From assembly GCF_020745735.1 (NCBI RefSeq), contig NC_083449.1:10638923-10702922 (forward strand): a stretch of 64,000 nucleotides of DNA, read 5' to 3'. The position numbers and the translations under genes were made by a program. Below the pieces are notes generated by a model. It was given only the letters and a program-made list of their open reading frames with translations. It was not told the origin of the DNA and ran no database searches. Source of the DNA: Hemiscyllium ocellatum (Eukaryota). Each line of letters opens with the position of its first letter. Position 1 is the stretch's first letter. This document shows positions 38,380-52,850 of this stretch, piece after piece.

Positions 38380-40693
38380 AGCCTTTGATCCAACGAGTCC
38401 ATATTGACAGATACCCTAAACTAGTCAAATCTCATTGGCTGGAATGGAGTAATAGAGGTGTATAGTATGGAAACAGATCCTTCAGTACAACCCATCCATG
38501 CAGGCTAGATATCCCAACCCAATCCAGTCCCATCTGCCAGCACCCAGCCCAAATCCCTCCAAACCCTTCCTATTCATGTGTCCATCCAAATTGCTTTTAA
38601 ATGTTGCATTACCAGCTTCCACCACTTCCTCTGGCAGCTCATTCCATATACGTACCCTCTGAGTGAAAAGGTTCCCCTTAAGTCTCTTTTATGTCTTTCT
38701 CCTCTTACCCTAAACCTATGCCCTCTAGTTCTGGACTTCCTGACGCTCCATGCCCCTCATGATTTTATAAATCTCTATAAGGTCAACCCTCAACCTCTGA
38801 CACTCCAGGGAAAACAGCCCCAGTTTGTTCAGCCTCTCCCTATAGCTCAAATCCTCCAATCCTGGCAACACCCTTGTAAATCTTTTCTGAACCCTTTCAA
38901 GTTTCACAACATCTTTTTGATAGGAAGGAGACCAGAATTGTACACAATATTCCAACAGCGACCTGACCAATGTCCTGTACAGCCACAAAAAGACCTCCTA
39001 ACTCCAGTACTCAATACTCTGACCAATACAGGAAAGCCTACCAAACACCTTCTTTACTATTCTATCTACCTGTGACTCCACTTTCAAAGAGCTATGAACC
39101 TGCACTCCAAGGTCTCTTGGTTCAGCAACACTCCTGAGGACCTTACCATTAAGTGTATAGTCCTGTTAAGATTTGCTTTCCCAAAATGCAGCACCTCACA
39201 TTTATCTGAATTAAACGCCACTTCTCAGCACATCTGGTCAAGATCCTGCTGTAATCTGAGGTAGCCTTCTTTGCTGCCCACTACACCTCCAATTTTCATG
39301 TCTGCAAACTTACCAACTGTATCTCTTATGCTCACATCCAAATCATTTATGTAAATGACAAAAAGTAGAGGACCCAGTAGCAATGCTTGTAGCACTCCAC
39401 TGGGTCGCAGGCCTCCAGTTTGAAAAACAACCCTCCACCACCACCCTCTGTCTTCTACCTTTGAGCCAGTTCTGGATCCAAATGGCTAGTTCTCCCTGTA
39501 TTCCAAGAGATCTAACCTTGGTAACCAGTTTTCCATGGGGAACATTGTCAAACGCCTTACTGACGTCCATATAGATCATATCTACCGTTCTGCCTTCAAT
39601 AAACTCAATCAAGTTTGTGAGACATCATTTCCCACACACAAAGCCACGTTGACTATCCCTAATCAGTCCTTCCTTTCCAAATACAGCCCAGCAGGATTAC
39701 CTTCAGCAACTTGCCCACCTCAGGCTCACCCTTCTTAAACAGTAACACCATGTTAGCCAACCTCCAGTCTTCCAGCACCTCACCTGTGACTATCGATGAC
39801 ACAAATATCTCAGCAAGGAGGTCCAGCAATCAGTTCTAGGGTGCACCTGATCAGTTCCTGGGGATTTATCCACCTTTATGCGTTTCAAGACACCCAGCAC
39901 TTCCTCCTCTATAATATGGGTATTTTTCAAGATGTCACCATCTATTTCCCTACATTCTATATCTTCTGTGTCCTTTTCCACAGTAAATATTAATGCAAAA
40001 TACTCGATTTGTATCTCCACCATTCTCGGCAGGTCCACACAAAGGCCGCCTTGCTGATCTTTGAGGGGCTCTATTCACTCCCTAGTTACACTTTTGTCTT
40101 TCATGTATTTGTAAAAAACCTTTGGATTCTCCTTAATTCTATTTCTCAAAGCTACCTCATGTCCCGTTTGTGCCCTCCTGATTTCCCTCTTCAGTATACC
40201 CCTACTGCATTTATAGTCTTCTAAGGATTCACTCGATCTAGCCTTACATATGCTTCCTTCTTTTTCTCAACCAAACCTTTCATATCTGTAGTCACCCAGC
40301 ATTCCCTATGCCTACCAGCCTTTCCTTTCACCCTAACAGGAATGTACCTTCTCTGGATTCTAAATTTGGCACATATCCCTTTAAATCCTTTCTGTTCATT
40401 TACCGATCCGGGCTCCTTCTAAATGTTGTAATTGATCCCACCTTCATCACTTCCTCTGGAAGCTCATTCCATATGCACATCACCCTCTGCATGAAAAAGT
40501 TGTTCCTCAGGTTATTTTTTAAATCTTTGCCCTCTCACCTTAAACCTATGCCCTCTATGCTCCCTCACCCAATGAAAAAGACCTTGGCTTTTTCATCCTG
40601 TCAATGCCCTTCAGGATTTTATAAGCAGCTGTAAAAATCACCCCTCAGCTTCCGATGCTCAAGGGAAAAAATCCCAACCTATTCAGCCTCCCC
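38380..40693 (-). mobile_element. CR1 LINE fragments (mirror of 28190-30670)
   Basis: Minus-strand IYMDVSKAFD, YCVQFWSP and KVDKSPG motifs. Confidence 0.9.
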
Positions 40694-41833
40694 TGAATTG
40701 ACTAGTATCAATGGATCCTCCTCTGAGCAACGTCCTCTTTTTCAATGCAAAACATACTCCATTGCTTGCAAATCGGCGGGCTTTTCAAATGGGAGAGAAA
40801 GTTGTTGATGATTTGACGCTGGCTTCAAGAGAACGTGTCCTCTCTTCCTCCTGCCTCCAGGCAGCATATTAAACACCAGTGATTTTGTTTTTCTCTCTCT
40901 CTCTGTTTGCTGCAATTTGCTCAAGTTACACACTAATATTTGATTATTCCAGGAGCTGCAAGCCCTGGTTGGGATGTGAGCCCTAAGTGCCACCCCGGGA
41001 AACAAAAGAAATGTCCCTTTTCTTACAAACCCACGAGTAATAGTTTTTTTTTCCAATTTCCAAAACTCCGCGCGGATTCTGTTGGGTGGGAATGATGATT
41101 GAATTATGTAAATGGGGCTTTCTGCTGTCGGTTAGAAGCTTTCAAAATGAACCGACATCAAACCAGAACCAGAACAGTTGCCGGACATGAATTGTTCATG
41201 TGGAGCTTTTGCGATAAGGGAGCACGATATTAAAATAATATCGAAAGGTGGTGTTCGTTATTAATGCGCTCACGACCAAGAACGGTCAAGAAATCTTGAC
41301 AAGACTAAATGAGGGCATTCGGCCCATCGAGTCTGAAACTTCCCTCCGAAGAGAATCTCGAATCGTTTAAATAGCTTCTGGACTCCTTACCCTAAAGAAA
41401 GGTCGTGTGAATTGTATTTTTATAAACGAAAAGCAAACAAACGAGTAAGTACAAATTCAGTGTTTTCTGTAAAACGACCTTCTCTGATCTACATCGTGGC
41501 GGAATTTTCAAATTTGAAAGAAAACGGTCGATGATTTGGCGCCATTTTTTCCCGCCTACTTTCTCAGCAATGATTATGTTCTTACAGCTGGTGGGGACAC
41601 CAAGGGAGACAATGAGGACAGATTTCATCCGGAATTAACATTTCCCTGCCTAATATATTGTGTAAAAATAACATAACGTTCATCGCAATGTTCTAATCAT
41701 TGCCACTGAAAGCGGTGTGTTTTCCAACTACCTCCCCGCGGCTAGGCTAGATTCAAAGTATATTTAACAACAGAACAGCAATAGTGCGGCAAGGGCAAGT
41801 TACTGCCGTGCTCTCAGGTCCCCTATCGCTTCT

Positions 41834-41871
41834 CGCTCTCTCTGGATAGTTTAGTGGCTCTGAAAAGAGCC
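41834..41871 (-). terminator. H3 3' stem-loop and downstream element
   Basis: GGCTCTTTTCAGAGCC at 41856-41871 (minus), followed by AGAGAGAGCG. Confidence 0.92.
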
Positions 41872-41921
41872 GTTGGGTTTCTCTCTCTCGGGGTGAATGT
41901 GCAGGGCCGGCCAGGCTCCGT

Positions 41922-42338
<417 letters not shown>

Positions 42339-42790
42339 CTACTCTCTGTAACACACACAGGCTGTTGCTGTCAATGCTGAGGCTGCTGCGGTGCTGCCTG
42401 TTTAAGGGAATGGAGAGCCCGCCCTAGAGCTGGGATTGGATACAGCCCTGTCCCTCAGTCCACAGAGAAACACCTCCGGAAGGGACAGAAAAGGCAGGAA
42501 AAGAATTGTTGGAATCTGATTGGGTAACGTGAAATGACAGTTGGTCAGTTTGAAAATGCCCGCCGAATTCACCCTCACAAATCCTGAAATTAAGTTAACC
42601 ATTACAATGCGAAACTCCATTTGTCTGCAACTAAGATAAATTTTAAGATTTTATAGGAATTATTTAAAACCGAGTTAGCTGTCAGTGCGGACACGAGGCA
42701 GGATCATTGCCTGATCTGTCTGTAACAGGCGGGAGGAAAGGCGGGGTTTAAAACAGCCCAGACAAACTGAACCGAATTTATAAACTGAAC

Positions 42791-42907
42791 CGGCCGCTGA
42801 TATTCCCGCCTTCTTTCACGCTTTTGCCTTGACTGGATTCTTTCGGAGTTTGAAGGAGCCGGAGACGCCCTGGTCCTTGACAAGAACAAGGGAGCCGTTC
42901 GCCAGGC
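42791..42907 (-). pseudogene. ~117-bp internal fragment of histone H1
   Basis: Translates LANGSLVLVKDQGVSGSFKLRKNPVKAKA*KKAGISAA. Absent at the mirror position near 24208. Confidence 0.9.
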
Positions 42908-43386
42908 CGTGAATCAATCTAAACAACCCCGCCAATTTAAACATATTAAAAGCTAAGACAGAGTCCACCGATAAAAGGACAGAATCTCACATTATCTGTT
43001 ATTTTTCATTACCCCCAGATTACAATTAGCCCGAAGACAATGTGGAATTGTTGCCTGAACTGTCTGTAACATGCAGATGGAAGGAACGCGCCATGAAAAC
43101 ATGCGCAGCGTCCCAGAATCAAAACTGAACAAAATAACACTCCTGAACGGGTCAGTGAAATACAAATACTACAATATGTCACTTTCGTGACTCAGTAGGG
43201 TTATAAGTAGCGAAGTGAAATAACCAGATGGAGATCAATAAACCCTCCCTGTGGGATACCTTCCCCAATCACAGGTCTCCACTTTCGTAAACCATGGCAT
43301 GAGTGTGTATTTGATTTATTCAGATCAATTAATATCTAGGGTAGGTCTGCGCTCGGCGCCGGGACGGGGAACATTGGATTCGGGCT

Positions 43387-43427
43387 CAGCTCTTTCCTGA
43401 GACATGTGGGTGGCTCTGATAAGAGCC
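43387..43427 (-). terminator. H1 3' stem-loop and downstream element
   Basis: GGCTCTTATCAGAGCC at 43412-43427 (minus); AAAGAGCTG at 43387-43395. Confidence 0.93.
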
Positions 43428-43463
43428 TTTGGGTTCAGATGGTTATATGTTACACTGACTGGT

Positions 43464-44099
43464 TCATTTCTTTGCTGCTGTCTTGGTCACTTTGGCTTTG
43501 GGCTTGGCCTTGCCTTTAGCCGGTTTGCTGAGGGGTTTGGGGGCTTTAGGACCCTTGGCCTTTTTCACATTCTTCACGGGAGTCCGTTTCTTTGGCGCTG
43601 CTTTGCTCACCGCTTTCTTTGGCGGTGCCGTCTTCTTACCGCTCGCTTTCTTGGCCGGGGATTTCTTGGCCTGGGATTTCTTGGCTGTCGCTTTTTTGGC
43701 CTGGAATTTCTTCACGGCTGGTTTCTTGGCGGCCGCTGATGTTCCCGCCTTCTTTCCCGCTTTTGCCTTGACTGGATTTTTTGGGAGTTTGAAGGAGCCG
43801 GAGACGCCCTGGCCCTTGACCAGAACAAGGGAGCCGTTCGTCAGGCACCTCCTGATGCTCATCTTGATCTGTGCCTTTCGCTTTCCTACATCGATCCCTC
43901 TTCTCTCCAGCGCCTTCTTTACAGCGGACAGAGACGCCCCTTTGCGATCCTTGATATCTCCGACAACATTCAGAATCAGCTTGCCCAACTGGGGACCGGG
44001 TGTTTTTTTCCTGGGAGCCGCCGCCTTCTTCTTGGGAGCCTTGACTTTGGTGGGAGCGGAGGCTGGAGGAGCTGTTTCGGCGGCTGCACTGTCGCTCAT
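43464..44099 (-). CDS. H1: Linker histone H1 (second copy), 211 aa
   Basis: Paralogue of 22971-23651 with a C-tail 15 aa shorter. ATG at 44099. Confidence 0.96.
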   Translation of the reverse strand: MSDSAAAETAPPASAPTKVKAPKKKAAAPRKKTPGPQLGKLILNVVGDIKDRKGASLSAVKKALERRGIDVGKRKAQIKMSIRRCLTNGSLVLVKGQGVSGSFKLPKNPVKAKAGKKAGTSAAAKKPAVKKFQAKKATAKKSQAKKSPAKKASGKKTAPPKKAVSKAAPKKRTPVKNVKKAKGPKAPKPLSKPAKGKAKPKAKVTKTAAKK

Positions 44100-45404
44100 G
44101 TTGAGAACTCTGCGCTGAATCTCTCTCTGGGTCAGTCTGAAGTGGGTCAGCAATGAAGCTGCTGGCGGCGGCACTGAGCAACTTCAAGGCAGCGAGCGGA
44201 CGGCGCAGGGACAATCTGCCGTCAGCTCCCTGCTCCTGCTGCCTCTCTGTGTTTCTCTAACGGCCTAAACTCTCCGATTCCTTTGAAATTCAGCATCTCC
44301 AGCGAGGTAGGCTCGATCGCTCCTGACACTGACACAGGAAGCTTCACGGCTGAAAAGTTTTCACTCGAATTGAAGGCTCCGTTGTCGAGTTAAACGCATT
44401 TTGCTGCTGCACTGATGGCGCTTTCTGAGCTGAACGGTAACGTTGTCGCTACTTTTAGACCGAAATCTTGAAACTAACAAATATATTGCCTTCAAATCTA
44501 CCTTTGGGGTTTAGAAGGGGAGCTGGGGGATAATTTTAATTGTAAATATTTTTGAGTTACATAAGAGCGACTTGGAAATATCATAATATTCGCGGACACA
44601 CACAGTTCCGTCAGACTAAGTGTCCGCCCTTTTCCTACAGCCTCTCTGACACAATATTCACATTCCCATAGTCACAAGCCAGAAATATCACCAAATGTAA
44701 GTGTGGAAGGATAGAATTTCTCCTCCTTTCAACCTTTGCTGCGGTGTCCAGGGAGTTAGTTGTAGTTTTTCTCCTCAGTAACTGTAACACTCTCATCAGC
44801 TCTACTCAAAGATGGCCAGTCGGTTTGTCAATCTTAGAAGACAGAACAGTGTGCACTGGAACAGGGCCTTCATGGTCATGCTGACTCTAGCAGATCCTGA
44901 ATACTGTTTTGTCAAATGCTTCGCAATTGAAGCTTTCACTTTGATATTTCCCTGCAGGCTGACTGGTCTATAGTCCCCAATTTTATGCCTACCTGCCTTT
45001 TCCATTGGATTGCTTACAGTAGCTAACCCCCAATCTGTGTAAATTATTGCAGAGCTTATGGAATCTTGGAGCATGACCATTACTGCATCCACTATTACTC
45101 AGCTCACTACATTAAATAATCTGGGACGTGGATGATTAAAGTCCGGTGTTTCACAACCTTTGATCCTATCCATTATCCCAACATCATTTCCCAAATAATA
45201 CTGATTTGGTTCAGTTTTTCCCTCTCACTAAACTCCCCAACATTACTACTATGTTAGTTGTGTGATCATGCTAAACAGAGAACAACAGTATGTTAGCAAT
45301 TTTTGAAGATGTTTTTGTTCCCCATTTTGAACTTCTCTCTTTTATGTTGTAAGTGAAATATGGTCCTCGTTACCAACCTATTTACTAACCTAATCATTCC
45401 ATTG

Positions 45405-45672
45405 TGGGCAACACGGTGGTTAGCACTGCTGCCTCACAGCGCCAGAGACCCAGGTTCAGTTCCCACCTCAGGTAACTGTCCATGTGGAGTTTGCACATTC
45501 TCCCCATGTCTGCATGGGTTTCCTCCCACAGTCTTAAAAATATGGCAGGTTGGTGAATTGGTCATGCTAAATTACCCATGGTGGGGGAGTGGGTCTGGGT
45601 GGGTTGCTCTTCGGAGGTCGGTGTGGACTTGTTGGGCTCAAGGGCCTGCTTTCACACTGTAAGTAATCTAAA
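45405..45672 (+). mobile_element. tRNA-derived SINE (mirror of 21395-21661)
   Basis: Same head, central domain and AAGTAATCTAA tail. Confidence 0.87.
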
Positions 45673-45844
45673 AAATCTCTCTTTACACATTTATTGGTTT
45701 TTCAACATTTTTTTCCTCTTTAATGGCTTCCGCAGAGTTACAGTTTTTATCATTTGCCATGTTGACTTCCCCCTAATCAATCCTGGCCTTTCAAATATAC
45801 ATAAATTCTGTGTCTCAGAATCTCAACTGTTTGCCTACCGTCGA

Positions 45845-47220
45845 TGTGGCTCAAAGGTAGAAGACCTTTTGTGAAGGGTTGTTTTTCAGACTGGAGGCCT
45901 GTGACTAGTGGAATGCCACGAGGATCAGTGCTGGGTCCTCCATATTTTGTCATTTACATAAATGATTTGGATGCGAGCATAAGAGGTACAGTTAGTAAGT
46001 TTGCAGATGACATCAAAATTGGAGGTGTAGTGGACAGTGAAGAGGGTTACCTTAGATTACAACAGGATCTGGATCAGATGGGCCAATGGGCTGAGAAGTG
46101 GCAGATGGAGTTGAATTCAGATAAACGTGAGGTGCTGCATTTTGGGAAAGCTAATATTTGCAGGTTTATGTACTTAATTAGATTACCTACAGTGTGGAAA
46201 CAGGCCCTTCGGCCCAACAAGTCCACACCGACCCACCAAAGCGCAACCCACCCATACCCCTACACTTATCCCTTACCTAACACTACAGGCAATTTAGCAT
46301 GGCCAATTCACCTGACCCACACATCTTTGGACTGTGGGAGGAAACCGGAGCACCCGGAGGAAACCCACGTAGACACAGGGAGAACGTGCAAACTCCACAC
46401 ATACAGTTGCCTGAAGCGGGAATTGAACCCAGGTCTCAAGCGCTGTGAGGCAGCAGTGCTAACCACTGTGCCACCCATGGTGTGAAGCTCCAAAGGAGTG
46501 TTGCTGAACAAAGAGACCTTGGAGTGCAGGTTCATAGCTCCTTGAAAGTGGAGTCACCGGTAGATAGGATACTGAAGGAGGTGGTTAGTATGCTTTCCTT
46601 AAGTGGTCAGCCTATTGAGTACAGGAATTGGGAGGTCATGTCGCGGCTGTACAGGACTTGCTTAGGCCACTGTTGGAATATTGTGTGCAATTCTGGTCTC
46701 CTTTCTATCGGAAAGATGTTGTGAAACTTGAAAGGATCCAGAAAAGATTTACAAGAATGTTGCCAACGTTGGAGGATTTGAGCTATAGGGAGAGTTTGAA
46801 CAGGCTGGGTTGTTTTCCCTGGAGCGTTGGAGGCTGAGAGGTGACCTTATAGAGGTTTACAAAATTATGAGGGGCATGGAAAGGGTAAATAGGCAAAGTA
46901 TTTTTCCTGGGGTCGGGGAGTCCAGAACTAGATGGCATAGGTTTAGGGTTGGAGGGGAAAGATATAAAAGAGACCTACGGGGTAATATTTTCATGCAGAG
47001 GGTGGTACGTGTATGGAATGAGCTTCCAGAGGAAGTGGTGGAGGCTGGTACAATTGCAACATTTAAGAGGCATTTGGATGGGTATATGAATAGGAAGGGT
47101 TTAAAAAGGTATGGGCCAGGTGCTGGCAGGTGGGACTAGATTGGGTTAGGATATCTGGTCAGCATAGGCGGGTTGGACCGAAGGGTCTGTTTCCATGCTG
47201 TACATCTCTATGACTCTCTA
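45845..47220 (+). mobile_element. CR1 LINE 3' fragment (mirror of 20088-21222) interrupted by a minus-strand SINE at about 46177-46477
   Basis: KFADD.K and YCVQFWSP motifs, CTATGACTCT end. The SINE is absent from the left arm. Confidence 0.88.
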
Positions 47221-47325
47221 ATGTTCACTGTTCAATAGTTCCCTGGCTTTTCCTTACCACCTTTCTTAAATAGTGGCACCATGTTAGCCGGCCTCCAGTC
47301 TTTTTGCACTTCACCTGTGACTATT

Positions 47326-50300
47326 ACTCCGGACCACCTTTAAACCAGCAGAGTTCGGACCTGAACAGGACAAACAGACTACAGATTCAAAAACACCAGC
47401 AACGGTTCTCCTGCAAGATCCTCTGCTCCACACTCGCAGCAATGCGCCGGCACTTAACCTCTCTGCAGTCATCCCTGCCTCAGCTGAGGGCCACACTCTC
47501 TCAGAATTGCAAAGGATCCATTCTGTACTACATCCTCAGAAGAATTCATACTCTCAACAAACAGTATTTCAATTCCATCTCAAACATCAAAAACTGTAAG
47601 TACAACAAACTTTAATCCACCCACCTCCATAACCAGTGCTTCTCAAACATTCCAGAAGATTCCCCTGGCCTTGGAAACTACTCCGACACATTAGCCATGC
47701 GGCTGATGCAGCTGCCACCCCCATGCTGATTGATGATGTGACTTCTGCCCCCGTCATGGCCACTTCCACAACCACTTCTGCCCCTCACAATTCCTCATGC
47801 ATCACACGTGACATCACTTTCGCCCCTCACATCATTGCTGATGCCACACGCTCAGTGACTTCCGCCACCCCTAATGCCATGGTCACTACCACTTCTGCCC
47901 CCACCAGCCCCACTTAACTGCGTTCTACTGACACGCCACCCACAGACCCCACTGTTACTATCCCCACCCCCCAAAACCCCGAGGGGAAGACTACCCCTGT
48001 TCATGACTCCACCCCCATTCCCCCCACCACCACACCCAATCCAGTTACAGGTTCTGCCCCCACTCCCAGCTCCACACCCACACCAGATCCCAGCTCCCAG
48101 CCCTGCCGAATTTTCACCATCCCTCCAGACTTCCCCCTCACTGAGGACGAACGATCAGTCCTCAGCAAAGGACTCACCTTCATCTCCCTCCGTCCACGTA
48201 TCAATGAGTTTAATACACACCGTGACGTCGAACAATTCTTCCATCACCTCCGCCTCCGAGGTTACTTTCACAATCAGGATTCCTGCCCACCTTCCAAGGA
48301 CCCCTTCGCCCACCTCCAACACACTGCATCCACCTGGACACCCCGCGCTGGCCTATTACCTGCCCTCGACCTCTTCATTTCCAACTGCCGCCGGGACATT
48401 AACCGCCTCAACCTGTCTACCCCCCTCCCCCACTCCAACCTCTCACCCTCACAATGCACAGCATTCTAATCCCTCTGCTCCAATCCCAACCTCACCATCA
48501 GGACACCGGATAAAGGGGGTGCAGTGGTAGTCTGGCACACTGAACACCGCTGAAGCCAAACGCCAAATCGAGGACAGCTCTTCCTACTGCTCCCTCAACT
48601 ATGACCCTACCCCCCATCACCAAACCATCATCTCCCAGACCATACAGAACCTCATCACCTCAGGAAATCTCCCACCCAAAGCTTCCAACCTCATAGTCCA
48701 GGAACCCCGCACTGCCCGGTTCTACCTCCTTCCCAAGATCCACAAGCCTGACCACCCTGGCCGACCCATTGTCTCAGCATGCTCCTGCCCCACTGAACTC
48801 ATCTCTACCTACCTCGATACTGTCCTATCTCCCCTAGTCCAGGAACTCCCCACATACGTTTGAGACACCACCCACGCCCTCCACCTCCTCCAAGACGTCC
48901 GTTTCCCCGGCTCCCAATGCCTCAACTTCACCATGGATATCCAATCCCTCTACAACTCCATCCGCCATGACTAGGGCCTCCAAGCCCTCCGTTTTTTCCT
49001 CTCCAGACGTCCCCACCGACACACTCATTCGTTTGGCCGAACTGGTCCTCACCCTTTACAATTTCTCCTTCGAATCCTTCCATTTCCTCGAGACCAAAGG
49101 GGTAGCTATGGGCACACGTATGGGCCACAGATATGCCTGTCTCTTTGTTGGCTACATAGAACAGTTGATCTTCCGTAATTACACCGGCACCACTCCCCAC
49201 CTCTTCCTCCGTTACATTGATGACTGCATTGGCACCACCTCGTTCTCCCGCGAGGAGGTTGAGCAATTCATCAACATCATCAACACATTCCAGCCTGACC
49301 TTAAATTTACCTGGACCATCTCTGACTCCTCCTTCCCCTTCCTGGACCACTCCATCTCCATTAAGATGACCGACATGACACTGATATTTTTTCCAAACCC
49401 ACTGACTCCCACAGCTACCTTGATTACACCTCTTCCCATCCTACCTCTTGCAAAAATGCCATCCCGTATTCCCAATTCCTCCACCTCCGCCGTATCTGCT
49501 CCCAGGAGGACCAGTTCCACCACAGAACACACCAAATGGCCTCCTTCTTTAGAGACCACAATTTCCCTTCCCACGTGGTTAAAGATGCCCTCCAATGCAT
49601 CTCGTCCACATCCCGCACCTCCGCCCTCAGATCCCAACCCTCCAACCGTAACAAGGACAGAACGCCCCTGGTGCTCACCTTCCACCCTACCAAATCATCT
49701 GCCGACACTTGGCCACCTCCAAAAAGACCTCACCACCAGGGATATATTTCCTTCCCCACCCTTTCCATCTTCCGCAATGATCTTTCCCTCCGTGACTACC
49801 TGGTCTGGTCCATGCCCCCCTACAACCCACCCTCCCATCCTGGCACCTTCCCCTGCCACCGCAGGAACTGTAAAACCTGCGCCCACACCTTCTCCCTCAC
49901 ATCTATCCAAGGCCCTAAAGGAGCCTTCCACATCTAAAGTTTTACCTGCACATGCACTAATATCATTTATTGTATCCATTGCTCCCGCTGCAGTCTCCTC
50001 TACACTGGAGAGACTGGACGCCTCCTAGCAGAGCTCGAGGGGACATCTCAGGGACACCCGCACCAATCAACCACACCGCCCCGTGGCCCAACATTTGAAC
50101 TCCCCCTCCCACTCTGCCGAGGACATGGAGGTCCTGGGCCTCCTTCACCGTCACTCCCTCACCTCCAGACGCCTGGAGGAAGAACCCCTCATCTTCTGCC
50201 TCGGAACACTTTAACCCCAGGGCATCAATGCGGACTTCAACAGTTTTCTCATTTCCCCTTCCCCCACGTCACCCTAGTTCCAAACTTCCAGCTCAGCACT

Positions 50301-50580
50301 GTCTCCATGACTTATCCGGACTTGTCCTACCTGCCTATCTCCTTTTCCACCTACCACTCCACCCTCTCCTCCCTGACCGATCACCTTCATCCCCTCCCCC
50401 ACTCACCTATTGCACTCTATGCTACTTGCCCCCCCCCCACCCCGCCTCCCCCCACCCCCACCCTCCTCTAGCTTATCTCTCCACGCTTAAGGCTCCCTGC
50501 CTTTATTCCTGAAGGGCTTTTGCCCAAAACATCCTTGGATGCTGCCTGAACTGCTGTGCTCTTCCAGCAACACTAATCCA
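47326..50580 (+). mobile_element. Penelope-like retroelement (RT + GIY-YIG endonuclease), disrupted
   Basis: FYLLPKIHKP..PGRPIVS, KGVAMGT.MG and LRYIDD RT motifs; NIIYCIHCSRCSLLYTGETGR GIY-YIG motif near 49960. Flanked by GACTATT at 47319-47325 and 50581-50587. Absent from the left arm. Confidence 0.92.
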
Positions 50581-52850
50581 GACTATTGATGATACAAATA
50601 CCTCAGCAAGGGGCCCAACAAATCACTTCCCTAGCTTAACACCGCGTTCCTGGGTCCACCTGATTGGGTGCTTGTGCTTTATCCACCTTTTCCATTTAAA
50701 AAACATCCAGCAGCACATCCTCTGTATTATGGACATTTTTCAAGCTGTCACCATCTATTTCCCCACATTCTATATCTTCCAGCTCCTTCTCGTCAGTAAG
50801 CACTTGCTTAGTATCTCCCACATTTCCTGTTGTTCCACACATAGGCTGCCTTGCTAATCTTTGCTGTGCCCTGTTCTTTCCCTGGTTACCCTTTTGACCT
50901 TCATGTATTTATAATGTTAAGGAAAATTCAAATAGATTTTATTTTCCAAAGCTATGTTATGTCCCTTTTTTGCCCTCCTGATTTCCTTCTTATTTATATA
51001 CCTATTGCCTTTATATTCTTTGAAGGATTCGCTCAACCTCTGCTGTACTTAACTAAAATATGTTTCCTTCTTATTTGGACCAAAACCCCAACTTCTTTTC
51101 TCAGCCAGCATTTCCTACACCTACCAGTCATGCCTTTCACCCTAACAGGAACATACTGCCTCTGGACCCTTGTTTTCTCATTTTTGAAGGCTTCCCATTT
51201 TCCAGCCATCCCTTTGCCTGTGAACATCTGCCCTCAGTCAACTTTTGAAAGTTCTTGCATAATACTCTCAAAATTAGCCTTCTTCCAAATTAGAAATTTA
51301 ACTTTTAGATCTCGACTATCCTTTTCCATCACATTTGTAAAACTAATAAAATTATGGTCGCTGGCCCCAAAGTGCTCCCCCACTGAAACATCATTATATC
51401 ACAAGAGTAGATCAAGTTTTGCACCTTGTCTAGAAAGTACATTCACATACTGAATCAGAAAATGTTTTTGTACACACTTAAGAAATTCCTCTCTGTCTAA
51501 ACTATTAACAATATGACAGCCCCAATCTAGCTTCAGAATGTTAAAATCTCTCACCATAACCACACCATTATTCCTGCAGATCTAAGATCATCCTGACAAA
51601 TTTGTTTCTCAATTTCCTGCTGACTGTTGGAGCATCTACAGTCCAATCCCAATAAGGTGATCAAACCCTTTCTTATTTCTCAGTTCCACTCAAATAATTT
51701 CCATGGATGTAAGCCCAGGAATATCATCACTAAGTAAAGGTGTGACGTTATCTCTTACCAAACATGTCACTCCCCATTTTCTCTTGCTGACCCCTCCCCC
51801 CATCCTTCCTATAACATGTGATTCCTGGAACATTAAGCTGCCAGTTGTGTCATCCTCGAACTATGTCTATGTAATTGCTATGATATCCCAATGTTCCTAA
51901 CCATGTTCTGAGTTCATCCTCCTTCCCTGTTAGATCTCTTGCACTGAAATAAATACATTTTAAGTTATCAATCCAACCACATTCTCTGCTATGTTCCTGT
52001 CTGCCCTGGGTATTTGACTTACTGACTACCAGCCTCAGATTGATATCGTTCACTATCTCCGCGGTTCCCACTGACCTCACCCCACACCCACACCTTACTA
52101 TTTTAGCTCAAGAAAATGTCCCTGCCAATATAGTAGATCCCTTCCAATTCAGGTGTATTCCATCCTTTTTGTCAAAGTCACGTCTTCCCCTGAAGAGAGT
52201 CCAATTATCCAAAATTTGAACACCTCTCCCCTGCACCAGTTCCTGAGTTGGGCATTCCTCTGCTCTATCATCCTCAGTCGCTCGTAGCAGTGGGAGAAGA
52301 TTAGATTAGATTATCTACAGTGTGGAAACAGGCCCTTCGGCCCAACAAGTCCACACCGACCCGCGAAGCGCAACCCACCCATACCCCTACATTTACCCCT
52401 TACCTAACACTACGGTCAGTTTAGCATGGCCAATTCACCTGACCCGCCCATCTTTGGGAGGAAACCGGACACCCGGAGGAAACCCACGCAGACACGGGGA
52501 GAACGTGCAAACTCCACACAGTCAGTCGCCTGAGTCGGGAATTGAACCCGGGTCTCTGGCGCTGTGAGGCAGCAGTGCTAACCACCGTGCCGCCCCCGGT
52601 AGTAATCTAGATATTAGAACCGGAGAGGACCTCCTTTCTAAATTCTTGCCTCTCTTCCTTATTCTTCCTTCAGATTCTCTTCCCTTTTCCTTCCTGTGTA
52701 GTTAATTCCAATCTGTACTCTCCTTTGTGAAGATCCTGCACTCTCTCTGAGGTGTCCTTGATCCTGGCACCAGCAAGGCAACACACTATTCTGATTTCTC
52801 GCTGTCGGCCGGAGAGACGTCTGTCTGTGTCACTGACAAAGAGATTTGAG
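50581..52850 (-). mobile_element. Old CR1 LINE (mirror of 17990-19990) with a minus-strand SINE at about 52298-52596
   Basis: Reverse complement of the left-arm LINE. The SINE with (TCTAA)n tail is present only in this arm. Confidence 0.85.
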
